Below are positions 48,178-57,274 of a stretch of 64,000 bases of DNA, in pieces. The position numbers and the translations under genes are program-made. Position 1 is the stretch's first letter; every line of letters starts with the position of its first letter. Source of the DNA: a virus (taxonomy: Duplodnaviria; Caudoviricetes); IMG/VR virus record IMGVR_UViG_3300012344_000001, positions 32,001-96,000 of that record, one strand, 5' to 3'. The notes beneath the pieces are model-generated. The model was not told the DNA's origin. It did not search any database and saw only the letters and a list, made by a program, of their open reading frames with translations.

Positions 48178-48726
48178 TCATCCCTTCATAATTCCACCGA
48201 AAAATGTATTATCTATTATGGCATACTGGGTATAATTATAAAAATTATGATGCCTTTGAGAACGAAAATAACAAACCCAGTCTGGAATTGTGCATCCATT
48301 GTAAATAATATAGTCCACGGCCTCATATTGCATTTCATTGGGGGTCACGTTCCCCAGCTTATTGCCCAAATCAAACTGCGGGACACCGCCGCTATTCTGT
48401 TTAATTACTTCTTCAATGCTGTTAGGAAATTCGTCAGACTTCACGCGATTCATCACAACGCTTACGACAGCGCGCTGACATTCCATAGATTCGCCACGCG
48501 CTTCCGTCCATAATAGACGCGCCAGCATTTCACGTTCGGTTGACGTTACGAAGAAATATGGCGTCGGTTCCACATAGACTTCCACATAGTCGGTGTGGTG
48601 AAACAGTTCTGTCCGCACGATAATTTCGACTGGAACTTCTTCTTCTGGTGCCAAAAGCGGCATAATTGTAGAAATAAACGTCCAGCAAACACAAATCCAA
48701 AGGAACAGCTTTTTGATGTCTTTCAT
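48178..48726 (-). CDS. cell wall hydrolase (SleB/Hydrolase_2 family)
   Basis: LARLLWTEARGE...VVMNRVKSDEFPNSIEEVI.Q...QF; N-terminal TM. Confidence 0.85.
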   Translation of the reverse strand: MKDIKKLFLWICVCWTFISTIMPLLAPEEEVPVEIIVRTELFHHTDYVEVYVEPTPYFFVTSTEREMLARLLWTEARGESMECQRAVVSVVMNRVKSDEFPNSIEEVIKQNSGGVPQFDLGNKLGNVTPNEMQYEAVDYIIYNGCTIPDWVCYFRSQRHHNFYNYTQYAIIDNTFFGGIMKG

Positions 48727-48742
48727 ATTGTACCCCTTTTGC

Positions 48743-48952
48743 TTAGATGATTTTTGCGCGGGTTTGCACCGGTTCAAAGAAGACGGTTTCAACGTCCCAT
48801 TCGTTCCCAGCATATCGCCCTTCGATGATGCGCACTTCAATATAGCCCTGTTTTAGTCTTGAAGTGCTTGTCACCATGCACTTCACATGATAATCTGTTT
48901 GGGTATACTGTTCGCTCGTATTACACCAAACAATTTGACCGACTTTGAACAC
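48743..48952 (-). CDS. small SH3-like protein (MFKVGQIVW family), tag AKII
   Basis: paralog of 51219 and 62394; ends RAKII. Confidence 0.65.
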   Translation of the reverse strand: MFKVGQIVWCNTSEQYTQTDYHVKCMVTSTSRLKQGYIEVRIIEGRYAGNEWDVETVFFEPVQTRAKII

Positions 48953-48955
48953 CGA

Positions 48956-49173
48956 CTACACCACCTTTGCCTTTAGATAAATCTGCCTTTCAAAACACGA
49001 CACGCGAATATCGGTCAGAACATCGCTGCCGCTTTTTGCGACAAGCTTTTTGTCGACAATCGCATAGTCGCGACGGACGTCGGCATATTTTTCGTCTTTA
49101 CAGCAACGACGCGATAAACGTTCGTGTCGTATACCAGCAAATCACCAATGCGCGGCTTATATCCGTTAGTCAT
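48956..49173 (-). pseudogene. frameshifted small SH3-like tagged gene (or sequencing error)
   Basis: MTNGYKPRIGDLLVYD... shifts frame near 49098 to ...QIYLKAKVV*; span is 218 nt. Confidence 0.6.
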
Positions 49174-49460
49174 GCGACCACCCTTCCCAAAATTTGGTCG
49201 TGGACAATGCGACCCTTCTTTTCGCCATTCTTGCCGATGGAATACCAGCGTCCATCAATCGCCAGAATGTCATAGATTCCCCACGCGCCAGTCTTCGTGA
49301 ACACCTTGTCGCCAACATGGAACTGCGTGGTGTTCTTGACGGGTGCGACGTTGTATCGCTGACCACCGACCTTGATTACGCCATATTCGCCAAGACGTAA
49401 CTTGGCGGCGGCGAAATCGTTTGGAACAGATTCAAAAGATGCAAAAAATTTTTTACCCAT
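49170..49460 (-). CDS. small hypothetical protein (FHVGDKV), ends GRVVA
   Basis: 96 aa. Confidence 0.55.
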   Translation of the reverse strand: MGKKFFASFESVPNDFAAAKLRLGEYGVIKVGGQRYNVAPVKNTTQFHVGDKVFTKTGAWGIYDILAIDGRWYSIGKNGEKKGRIVHDQILGRVVA

Positions 49461-49462
49461 AT

Positions 49463-49672
49463 TTATTCTCCATCATATTCAAAGAAAAAGACTGGTTCGC
49501 CACCCATTGACACAACCCAATCAGGGTTTTCGTTCTGTATTCTGTGGCAGAATTTTTCCGCCTGCTTGCGAAACAAAAAATAGACGTGTGAAAATGTGCC
49601 ATTTTCTGCCGACAATTCGATGTCCCATATTAGAATGTGTAAATCTGCAATAAACGCTTTGATTCTTTTCAT
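49463..49672 (-). CDS. hypothetical protein
   Basis: MKRIKAF ORF with GGTGGT SD. Confidence 0.5.
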   Translation of the reverse strand: MKRIKAFIADLHILIWDIELSAENGTFSHVYFLFRKQAEKFCHRIQNENPDWVVSMGGEPVFFFEYDGE

Positions 49673-49689
49673 ACCGACCACCACAAAAA

Positions 49690-49952
49690 ATTAGAATCGG
49701 CAGGGGTTTAATCGCTATACGGCTTGACGCCCCATCAAACATCCGTATCCGCTATTGCCGTTCGCAACAATGCCCGTCCATGTAGTAATTCGACGGGATG
49801 ATTTCGACACTTTGTATACCGAACGAAACCTTTGCCTGTTGCCGCGAAATATCGGTTTTGGCTTAACGCGCCCCGTGGAACACGCCAGTGTCACGCCCTT
49901 TCGGGCTGGTAGTCGGGTTATTTTAGGTGTCACCGACTATTCCACCGAACAT
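49690..49952 (-). ncRNA. candidate about 260-nt structured ncRNA
   Basis: Own promoter 49959-49987, several hairpins, T-run at about 49685, shares motif GGTGACACCTAAAATAACC with 44390-44813. Confidence 0.55.
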
Positions 49953-49964
49953 GATATTATAATA

Positions 49965-50192
49965 TCACACAACTTGCGCTTTGTCAAGTCCCTTTGCAAG
50001 TTCAAAGAAGCAGGTGTGGCTACCATAATCAAACCAATAATGGTCTGAAAATTCGCACCAGCGGACATAGAACGACTGAAAGTCGTGTTCTTTGCACCAG
50101 TCGCCAATCATATCAAGGGCTTCGTTTACGTTGTCAGCGTTTCCAACGAACGTGCGGTCGCCTTTTCTGTCAAGCCATTCAAGACGCATCAA
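49965..50192 (-). CDS. small hypothetical protein, tag AQVV
   Basis: FYVRW...WFDYGSH; ends KAQVV. Confidence 0.6.
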   Translation of the reverse strand: MMRLEWLDRKGDRTFVGNADNVNEALDMIGDWCKEHDFQSFYVRWCEFSDHYWFDYGSHTCFFELAKGLDKAQVV

Positions 50193-50440
50193 TCGTCACC
50201 TTCCATCCGCGTCAGTTCGTAGATACTGTTGCGTGTCACGATGCGAATATCGCCTTCGCACAGATAGTCTACTTCCTGAATTGTGGACGTGTGGACACCA
50301 CCACCATCGACAGGGCGAATATAGCCACGTTCGCCAACGTTGATATTTTCAAGGTCGGTTACAACCTTGCCGTTGACCAATTCGTGGACATAGGTTAATT
50401 CGCGACCTTCGCGGGGATAGACATTGCAATAATACTTCAC
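50189..50440 (-). CDS. hypothetical protein
   Basis: HTSTIQEV...IVTRNSIYEL. Confidence 0.55.
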   Translation of the reverse strand: MKYYCNVYPREGRELTYVHELVNGKVVTDLENINVGERGYIRPVDGGGVHTSTIQEVDYLCEGDIRIVTRNSIYELTRMEGDD

Positions 50441-50751
50441 AGAATCTTCGCCACCTTTCTTTCGGGGATGTAAAATGTTCCGATTGTACGCCAATTTTCA
50501 TGTTCGGATGGATACCAGTCAAGGTCACTATCCCAGCCGTTATATTCACCGTCTTGGTTAAACCAAAGGTAGTTGCCGTGCCAATACGCTTTGCCGATTT
50601 TTCTAAGAAAAGATACGGCGTCATTGTTTGATTCGACAAACACAACAACTTCTGAAAAATCTATAAACGGAATCGTTTTTATGTCGGCTATGCTATCAAG
50701 TTTTTGCCAGTTCAACTTAACGCCACCAATTTCTTTGCGAAGATTCATCAT
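50437..50751 (-). CDS. small hypothetical protein, tag AKIL
   Basis: YNGWD; ends VAKIL. Confidence 0.6.
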   Translation of the reverse strand: MMNLRKEIGGVKLNWQKLDSIADIKTIPFIDFSEVVVFVESNNDAVSFLRKIGKAYWHGNYLWFNQDGEYNGWDSDLDWYPSEHENWRTIGTFYIPERKVAKIL

Positions 50752-50987
50752 GTTTTCACCCACTTCTTGCGATAGAAATTGGTTTTGTCCTGCTTCTTGA
50801 ACCACTTGTTCACGGCTTCCACCAACGACTTATTGCAATCCGCACACATCTTAATGCGCGGTTCAAAGTCAAGGTGCCAGTCGGCAGTTCCAGCGATTTG
50901 GTTCATGTTTGCCACATATTCCACCTGCATATTGTTGCCACAAATGGGGCAGGCGGGAATCAGTTTTTCGGCTTTTGGTCTTGCCAT
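50748..50987 (-). CDS. small Zn-ribbon protein
   Basis: CPICG...CADC. Confidence 0.6.
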   Translation of the reverse strand: MARPKAEKLIPACPICGNNMQVEYVANMNQIAGTADWHLDFEPRIKMCADCNKSLVEAVNKWFKKQDKTNFYRKKWVKT

Positions 50988-50988
50988 A

Positions 50989-51222
50989 TCACACCACCCT
51001 TGCTTTCACGCGAACAATGTGAAGGATGTTCGGATTGCCGGTAAACCAGTGTGGTTCACAGGTGCTATATTTGCCCAGCTTTTCGCCAACCCTATCGCCG
51101 TCGCGAAAGTGTGTACAAATAAGTCTTACTCCAACAGCAGATGTTTCCAGCACAGTCCAGACACGACCTTTATTGCCATCAGAAAACACAAGGTCGCCCT
51201 TGCGAAAGTCCGAAAATTTCAT
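50989..51222 (-). CDS. small SH3-like protein, tag ARVV
   Basis: FRKGDLVFS; ends KARVV. Confidence 0.65.
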   Translation of the reverse strand: MKFSDFRKGDLVFSDGNKGRVWTVLETSAVGVRLICTHFRDGDRVGEKLGKYSTCEPHWFTGNPNILHIVRVKARVV

Positions 51223-51425
51223 AAGACCACCGCCTTATTTTGCACCAGCTCGAAACAATTTCCGTCCACAGGATATGTGTAGCCAGAATAGCGTCCTTCT
51301 AAAACCTTAACACGGATAGCACAATTCATTTTGTGCGCTTCGGTCACTTCGCACTTGACGTGATAATTTGTAATGTCATAGATGCCATTTCTTTTGCACC
51401 AGACGATTTGTCCGACCTTGAACAT
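51219..51425 (-). CDS. small SH3-like protein (MFKVGQIVW family), tag AVVL
   Basis: ends KAVVL. Confidence 0.65.
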   Translation of the reverse strand: MFKVGQIVWCKRNGIYDITNYHVKCEVTEAHKMNCAIRVKVLEGRYSGYTYPVDGNCFELVQNKAVVL

Positions 51426-51427
51426 GA

Positions 51428-51715
51428 TTACACCACCTTCGCCGACCGCGGTCTGTCGAATGACAGAACGGAATATTCGCGTCCTTCAAAATATCCCTTG
51501 CCATTTTTAATGTCATAACAATTATTCGGGCACACCGTATACCCCGCGTATTTGTTGAAAATGAACCGGTACGCAATAACGTCTGAATAGTCATTTATTG
51601 CGCCGCTGTATTTCTGTCGAATACGCTTGTATAGTTCTTTTGTATTCTTGTTGAAAACAACGATTGCGAAGTCGTGGTTTTGGATGAAATTAACAGCCTT
51701 ATCAAAATCATTCAT
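51428..51715 (-). CDS. small hypothetical protein, tag AKVV
   Basis: ends SAKVV; promoter 51742-51770. Confidence 0.6.
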   Translation of the reverse strand: MNDFDKAVNFIQNHDFAIVVFNKNTKELYKRIRQKYSGAINDYSDVIAYRFIFNKYAGYTVCPNNCYDIKNGKGYFEGREYSVLSFDRPRSAKVV

Positions 51716-51766
51716 TTTTTGTTCACCGTCCTTATGGTATTATATTACCACAAAATAAAGTTGTTG

Positions 51767-52312
51767 TCAAGCCCATCCGCAGAAGTCGCTGATTTCGTTC
51801 AGTGTTCGTGGCGTATAATCCATCAACGGATTCATACACCCCACGTTAAACGAACGCATCTGCTTTTCGTAATGCTTTTCCCAAGCGCGGCGATATGCGT
51901 CAAACAATCCATCTTCAAATGAATTGTGGACGTGTCCGTACAGGTGGTAATATCCGTGCGTCATATTTTTATAAGACGCGATAGGAAAATGCGACAGAAT
52001 GACGTGGCGATTATTATCAACAATTTCAGCAAACGGCAGAATTTCCTTCCAATCGGCGGTCGGCTTATAATCGTGGTTACCGCGAATCAGAATCTTTTCG
52101 CCATTCAACTGTTGAAGAATTGCGCTTTCTTCTGCGGGCTTTAGCCATGAAAAATCGCCAAGGTGGTAAACCGTATCAGTCGGCTTCACCGCTTCATTCC
52201 AGCGCTTGATAAGGTCGGCGTCCATTTCAGCAACAGTGAAGTATGGGCGATTGTCATATTTCAGTATGTTCTTGTGTCCGAAGTGCGTGTCGGAGATATA
52301 AAAGTTAGCCAT
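51767..52312 (-). CDS. calcineurin-like phosphoesterase
   Basis: SDTHFGH, LGDF, GNHD, SHFP, GHVH. Confidence 0.9.
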   Translation of the reverse strand: MANFYISDTHFGHKNILKYDNRPYFTVAEMDADLIKRWNEAVKPTDTVYHLGDFSWLKPAEESAILQQLNGEKILIRGNHDYKPTADWKEILPFAEIVDNNRHVILSHFPIASYKNMTHGYYHLYGHVHNSFEDGLFDAYRRAWEKHYEKQMRSFNVGCMNPLMDYTPRTLNEISDFCGWA

Positions 52313-52536
52313 CAGAAGTGCTCCTTAATGTATTCTTCTGCTTTTGCAAGTTTTGCCTGCGTAGCTTGCAATTCTTCAAGAACTGCGCTCGCTTCTGCCC
52401 TTGCGTCCCTATAAAGTTCAACGCGATAATCAAGGTCGTGCGCTAAATTTTCAATGGCGTCGGCAGCCTGTCGACATAGCTTCTTATTGAAATGCGCGTG
52501 TCGCAGCTTGTATACGGTGTACCAAATATCAACCAT
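52312..52536 (-). CDS. small coiled-coil protein
   Basis: QAADAIENL. Confidence 0.55.
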   Translation of the reverse strand: MVDIWYTVYKLRHAHFNKKLCRQAADAIENLAHDLDYRVELYRDARAEASAVLEELQATQAKLAKAEEYIKEHF

Positions 52537-53050
52537 GGTGTTCGCCCCTTTCTAAATCCTCATATTGGTAATAAAAACCGTCAACGCGGCAGGAATCTTC
52601 AAATTTGCCCTTGCATAGTTCACACATGACCGTCAGGCTGATATAATTCGCTTTTGCCGCCTTTGTCGCAGACGGGTAGATTTCAACAATCGTGCGGTCG
52701 TACAACATTTTAAGCACGGGCTTGCGCCTGTTGCTGGCAGACATTTGCGCAGTTTCTTCTTTTGTAGCGAACCGTAGATTTGACAGTCGATTGTCGTACT
52801 TCATGCCGTTCTTATGGACAATATTGTAGCCTTCGATACGCCCACCCATAAAGGCATCTGCCATCAGATTTACCACGGGCACAGAAATTTTCACGCCGTC
52901 TGCGCGGGTCATTGTGACGCGCGTCCGCTTCTGCCCGCAGGTATACTGGCGCAGGTCATGTGCGAAACCGTATGCGTCTATCCAACGCACCTGTCCATCT
53001 TCGTTGATTTGATAGACGTATTTATAACCGTCAATGTTTACCCAGTCCAT
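52529..53050 (-). CDS. NUMOD4/HNH-like endonuclease
   Basis: WVNIDGY..YQINEDG; HKNG.KYDNRLSNL. Confidence 0.75.
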   Translation of the reverse strand: MDWVNIDGYKYVYQINEDGQVRWIDAYGFAHDLRQYTCGQKRTRVTMTRADGVKISVPVVNLMADAFMGGRIEGYNIVHKNGMKYDNRLSNLRFATKEETAQMSASNRRKPVLKMLYDRTIVEIYPSATKAAKANYISLTVMCELCKGKFEDSCRVDGFYYQYEDLERGEHHG

Positions 53051-53090
53051 TGCACACCTCTAAAATCGGCTAAAAGAAGCCTGTCTCATG

Positions 53091-54340
53091 GTGAACTACA
53101 CACGATGATAAAGCACCGGTGCTTCCTAATCAATATCTCTAACGAGACAAGTTTACTTAGGCTATCCCCGTAGTTCCTACGGTTCTTATTCTCAATCCTT
53201 CATTAAGAATATTTATTGCAGCGTTAATGCCTCTATCGTGAACAGTTCCACATTGCGGACACACCCATTCTCTAACAGACAAATCCTTTATTTCTGTATT
53301 TTTGTATCCGCATTTACTACACAACTGCGAACTTGGATACCACGAATCAATTTTCACAATTTCTCTTCCGTACCAGTTTGCTTTGTATTCCAGTTGTCGT
53401 ACAAATTCTGACCATGATACATCAGCAATAGACTTAGCGAGTTTATGATTTTTCATCATATTCTTAACTTTCAATGTTTCCAGACATATGACTTGGTTTT
53501 CATCAATCAGTCTTTTTGAAAGTTTGTTTAGAAAGTCCTTGCGTTGATTCGTTATTTTCTCGTGACAACGTGCAACTTTAATTCTACATTTCTCTCGATT
53601 TTTACTTCCTTTTTTACAACGAGACAAGTCTTTCTGCAACTTCCGCAGTTTCTTTTCTGATTTTTTCAAGTATTTCGGATTTTCAATCACTTTGCCATCA
53701 GAAGTGGTTGCGAACCCCTTGATTCCCAAATCTATTCCAAGTTCAGAATCACATGGAATTTTCTTTGGAATATCTTCTTGTTCAACAAGAACCGAAACAT
53801 AATATTTTCCCGATGGCGTTCTTGTAATGGTAGCGTGTTTGATTGTTCCAAAAAAATTCCTGTGTTTCTTAATCCTGACAAGTCCAATTTTCGGAAGGTT
53901 AATGTGTCGTTCTGTCACGCGGATATTGGCTTGATTTGTAGTATAAGAATCATATCGCGTTTTCTTACTTTTGAATTTTGGGAACCCAACTTCTGGTCGC
54001 TTGAAGAAGTTGTTGTACGCTGTCCGTAAATTCATCTGAGCATTTGACAACGCTTGCGCATCGACTTCTCGAAGCCATGGAAATTCGTCTTTATATTGGG
54101 CTGGCGTATTTTTCAGGTTTTGTTTTGTCTTATTGTAAAACTCGATTTTATCAGCAAGCATACGATTGTAGATAAATCTGACGCAACCGAAGCATTTTGA
54201 AAAATAAGTTTTCTGTTCTTCATTTGGATACATTCTATATTTGTAGGCAATCAACATATCTACAATCACTTCCTTTCCGATATAGTTCTCTTTCTTTTGC
54301 CGACTATGCTAAAGCATAGCGGATATCTTTGATTTCATGT
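53091..54340 (-). mobile_element. IS200/IS605-type non-autonomous tnpB element
   Basis: right end ...GTGTAGTTCAC at 53091; left-end-like hairpin CTATGCT-TT-AGCATAG at about 54304-54319; left boundary approximate. Confidence 0.7.
53157..54257 (-). CDS. tnpB: TnpB with RuvC-III Asp-to-Gly substitution
   Basis: [18 protein letters not shown], but HDRGINAA instead of HDRDINAA. Confidence 0.9.
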   Translation of the reverse strand: MLIAYKYRMYPNEEQKTYFSKCFGCVRFIYNRMLADKIEFYNKTKQNLKNTPAQYKDEFPWLREVDAQALSNAQMNLRTAYNNFFKRPEVGFPKFKSKKTRYDSYTTNQANIRVTERHINLPKIGLVRIKKHRNFFGTIKHATITRTPSGKYYVSVLVEQEDIPKKIPCDSELGIDLGIKGFATTSDGKVIENPKYLKKSEKKLRKLQKDLSRCKKGSKNREKCRIKVARCHEKITNQRKDFLNKLSKRLIDENQVICLETLKVKNMMKNHKLAKSIADVSWSEFVRQLEYKANWYGREIVKIDSWYPSSQLCSKCGYKNTEIKDLSVREWVCPQCGTVHDRGINAAINILNEGLRIRTVGTTGIA

Positions 54341-54349
54341 TATACTGAT

Positions 54350-54378
54350 AGTATAGCACAAAAACAGGCTTCTGTCAA
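54350..54378 (-). promoter_or_regulatory. sigmaA promoter upstream of tnpB
   Basis: TTGACA-17-TATACT. Confidence 0.75.
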
Positions 54379-54540
54379 GCTTATTTCAGAAGTGCGCCTT
54401 CGGGTCTGTGGCAATCGTTCCACGTTCTAATAGGAAAGGCGTCAAACGCACAGCGGCGGATTACCTTGCGATGCTTTACGCCGCCAACGGTTTCTTCTGA
54501 AATTATGGTTTCGGTTGTAGGGAAATAGATGCAATTCGGA

Positions 54541-54744
54541 TTACATTCCATTGTCATCATCCTTCGACATGATATATCGTGCCCATGTATACGAGCTGTA
54601 TGTGATAACGCAAAAGGTGTACAGCAGGAATACAGTAAGCCATGTCGGCTGTCCGCCATGCGTAGCGTCATAGATTCCGCTTGCGATACCAGCGACAATG
54701 CAAATCCATGTCAGACGATTAAAAATCTTTTCAACTTTTGTCAT
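54541..54744 (-). CDS. small membrane protein
   Basis: two TM segments. Confidence 0.5.
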   Translation of the reverse strand: MTKVEKIFNRLTWICIVAGIASGIYDATHGGQPTWLTVFLLYTFCVITYSSYTWARYIMSKDDDNGM

Positions 54745-54748
54745 AAAA

Positions 54749-55270
54749 TCAACCCCTTCTTATTTCTTCAAAAACGATTTGTTCCGGAAGCACATGATGA
54801 CACACATAGACGCTGCTGAATGGCGGGTTGAAGCTGGGCTTCTGGTCGGCGTAATCCTTGAAAAACGAAATGCGCTTATTGAAATACATCAGTTCAAATT
54901 CGTTGTCGCGAAACATTTCAAAGCGTGCCTGCGATTCAAACAGTCCAACAACGCCGACAAGCATAGCAAACGGCGTCCCGATTTTAAAAAGACATTGGAA
55001 CACTTGTTGTTTAAGGCTAAACGGCGGATTGCTGATGATATAGTCGCACTTTGGCGGTTTGATAGTGAAGAAATCGCCACCAAAATCAATGTGTGTTGCA
55101 ATCACGTCGTGTCCAGCTTCGCGCAACAGTTTGACGTAGTTACTTTCTTCCGTGTCGAACGGACACCAAATCGTGCTATTCGGCTTCAAATATTTGACTA
55201 TCGGCTTAATCGCATAGGGGGGGGTGTAGTATTCATTGTTGCCACTACCCGCCACAACGTCCATTTTCAT
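54749..55270 (-). CDS. phage N6-adenine methyltransferase-like protein
   Basis: EYYTP, IWCPFD, DFF, ISNPPFS. Confidence 0.8.
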   Translation of the reverse strand: MKMDVVAGSGNNEYYTPPYAIKPIVKYLKPNSTIWCPFDTEESNYVKLLREAGHDVIATHIDFGGDFFTIKPPKCDYIISNPPFSLKQQVFQCLFKIGTPFAMLVGVVGLFESQARFEMFRDNEFELMYFNKRISFFKDYADQKPSFNPPFSSVYVCHHVLPEQIVFEEIRRG

Positions 55271-55271
55271 G

Positions 55272-56237
55272 TCACGCCTCCGCAATCAGCTTTGCCCGCG
55301 TTGCAGGGCCAACAGAACCATCGACCGCAAGACCGCGCGACTTCTGATACGCCTTAACCGCCGCATAACAACCACCGCCAAAACTGCCGTCGATGCCCTT
55401 GGGGTCAAAGCCGCAATAGACCAACTGCCACTGTAGCCAGCGGACATCATCGCCCGTGCAACCACGAACAAGGGTTCGCTTCGGAACGGGATAGGGATTT
55501 TTTCCGTCTACCTTATTGGTGATGATAAGTGCGGTGGAAATCCTGCGATTTTCCAGCGTAGCGTGCTTAATAGAACCGTCAACACGCATGATTTCGCTTC
55601 CACCGCCGTCAAATTTCAGCACGTCTGTGAAGCCAAGGGCGTGGAACTTCTTGAAAGCTTCCTTGGACGTAATCATATTGCCAGTGCTGGTATGCCAATC
55701 CATGACATAGATGGTGTCAGAACCACGCTTCAAGCCGACAAAAATGTGGTAGGTGTTATAGACCTCGCCGCCCTTCCAGCCGCAACCGATTACGTCGTTC
55801 TGATAGTTAGACGCAACGCCGTTCTTCATGATGGAAATTCCAGTCGCGCAGTAGTCATATTCCGGCTTCGGATGGTCGATGCGTTCGATGACTGGCTTAC
55901 CGTTGGCGATAGCGAAAACATCAACAGCCTTGTGATAAAAGCTGTTCCATTGCGCGCCCCACAAGTCGTAGAAGTCGCAGGTGTATTTGCCGTCGGCGAA
56001 CTTGCCATTCTGCCCGCAGATTTCGCGCGTCTTTGCACCAATGGTGGCGACATTGCAAACGGTCGCGCCAACGGGATATGTGTATTTCTGACCGTTCTGT
56101 GTTCCAGCGGAGAAGAAGCCAAGGTTCACATAGGTGGAATCGGTGATGTTCTTCTTGGTTTTGTCAACCATGACGATTGATGCTTCAGCGGGTTGACATT
56201 CGATAATTTTGATGCCATTTGAAACGTAATATTTCAA
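55272..56237 (-). CDS. phosphodiester glycosidase (NAGPA-like) + peptidoglycan-binding domain
   Basis: LKFDGGGS; C-terminal GDDVRWLQWQL...DGSFG...AVKAYQ..GL.VDG.VGPAT. Confidence 0.8.
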   Translation of the reverse strand: MKYYVSNGIKIIECQPAEASIVMVDKTKKNITDSTYVNLGFFSAGTQNGQKYTYPVGATVCNVATIGAKTREICGQNGKFADGKYTCDFYDLWGAQWNSFYHKAVDVFAIANGKPVIERIDHPKPEYDYCATGISIMKNGVASNYQNDVIGCGWKGGEVYNTYHIFVGLKRGSDTIYVMDWHTSTGNMITSKEAFKKFHALGFTDVLKFDGGGSEIMRVDGSIKHATLENRRISTALIITNKVDGKNPYPVPKRTLVRGCTGDDVRWLQWQLVYCGFDPKGIDGSFGGGCYAAVKAYQKSRGLAVDGSVGPATRAKLIAEA

Positions 56238-56243
56238 ATCAAA

Positions 56244-56939
56244 TCACCCCTTATATTGAAATAATTTTTCGACACGCATAAACGTGTTTCCACCTTGATT
56301 ATCAAGCTGGCGGCGAAGCGGCTTTTCCCACACACAAACGAAATCTTCTGGCGCAGATTCTTCGCTGATAAACACGTTGGCGCGCTTTGAAATTTCGCGC
56401 ATATATTCCCAAAAACCTTCTGTGTCGAATGCACCAGTAGCATAGCCCGTCACGTTTTTATACGGCGGGTCGCTATAAACAACGGCGCCGTCTGGAATTT
56501 CAACTTCGCGATAATCGCCACATAAAAAAGTTGCGGTCTTAACACCTTCAAAATCTTTCATTAACGACACCTTTGGCGTCTTGCAGAAGTCGTCGCCGCG
56601 ATGTTCGCGGGCGAGTCCACCCCACCATTTGCCACCATAAGAACAACCAAAGCCAACAAAGCCAGCAAGCCCCATATCGTCGTTTTGGCGCGCCTTTATT
56701 TTAAGATAGTCGCCAGTGGTTATAATATCAGGGAAGTTGCGTTCGTTCTGGAGGTCACGCCACATAGCTATAAGGTGTGGGTGCAAATCGTTCAAGATTT
56801 TTACATCGAAATCCAAGAGCGATTCTACGGCACAAGAGCCACAAAAAAGCGATATGAGCGGTTGATTGTGGTCGGCGTTTGCGTTAATATATTCGGCAAT
56901 GTCGCGCTTAATCCGCGATTTCCCGCCTAAATATCGCAT
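56244..56939 (-). CDS. D12-class DNA adenine methylase
   Basis: MRYLGGKS, LFCGS, LND, YSDPPY. Confidence 0.85.
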   Translation of the reverse strand: MRYLGGKSRIKRDIAEYINANADHNQPLISLFCGSCAVESLLDFDVKILNDLHPHLIAMWRDLQNERNFPDIITTGDYLKIKARQNDDMGLAGFVGFGCSYGGKWWGGLAREHRGDDFCKTPKVSLMKDFEGVKTATFLCGDYREVEIPDGAVVYSDPPYKNVTGYATGAFDTEGFWEYMREISKRANVFISEESAPEDFVCVWEKPLRRQLDNQGGNTFMRVEKLFQYKG

Positions 56940-56941
56940 AA

Positions 56942-57274
56942 TCACACCACCTTTGCTTTTTGTTCTGGTACATTCCACGGATAAAACGCCACTTCCCAAA
57001 GCGCGCCGTTATATTTTGCGCGATATTTGTCATGCGAATATTGGATTCGCGTGATAACATATTCGATTCCGAACGCGGTATCACGAAACCGATAACCGTC
57101 TGGAAAGCGCGGCGAAACGAACTTAACGGACGACATCTTCATGCGAAGTTTCACACCGCTGTCAACAATAAAACGGGCGCGGTCGTTTTCGTCTGGCATG
57201 TCAATAATCCAAACGTGGCGACCATAGAATTTTGAATTTTTATTTGTGATGATATATTTGTCCAGATAGTTCAT
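56942..57274 (-). CDS. small hypothetical protein, tag AKVV
   Basis: ends KAKVV. Confidence 0.6.
   Translation of the reverse strand: MNYLDKYIITNKNSKFYGRHVWIIDMPDENDRARFIVDSGVKLRMKMSSVKFVSPRFPDGYRFRDTAFGIEYVITRIQYSHDKYRAKYNGALWEVAFYPWNVPEQKAKVV

Noticed and set aside
49860-49900. ZTP riboswitch resemblance (CGTGAC.CTGGCG...CCACGGGG)
   Set aside because: Only partial similarity; the downstream CGCCTGGG pseudoknot element is missing and there is no purine/folate gene downstream.
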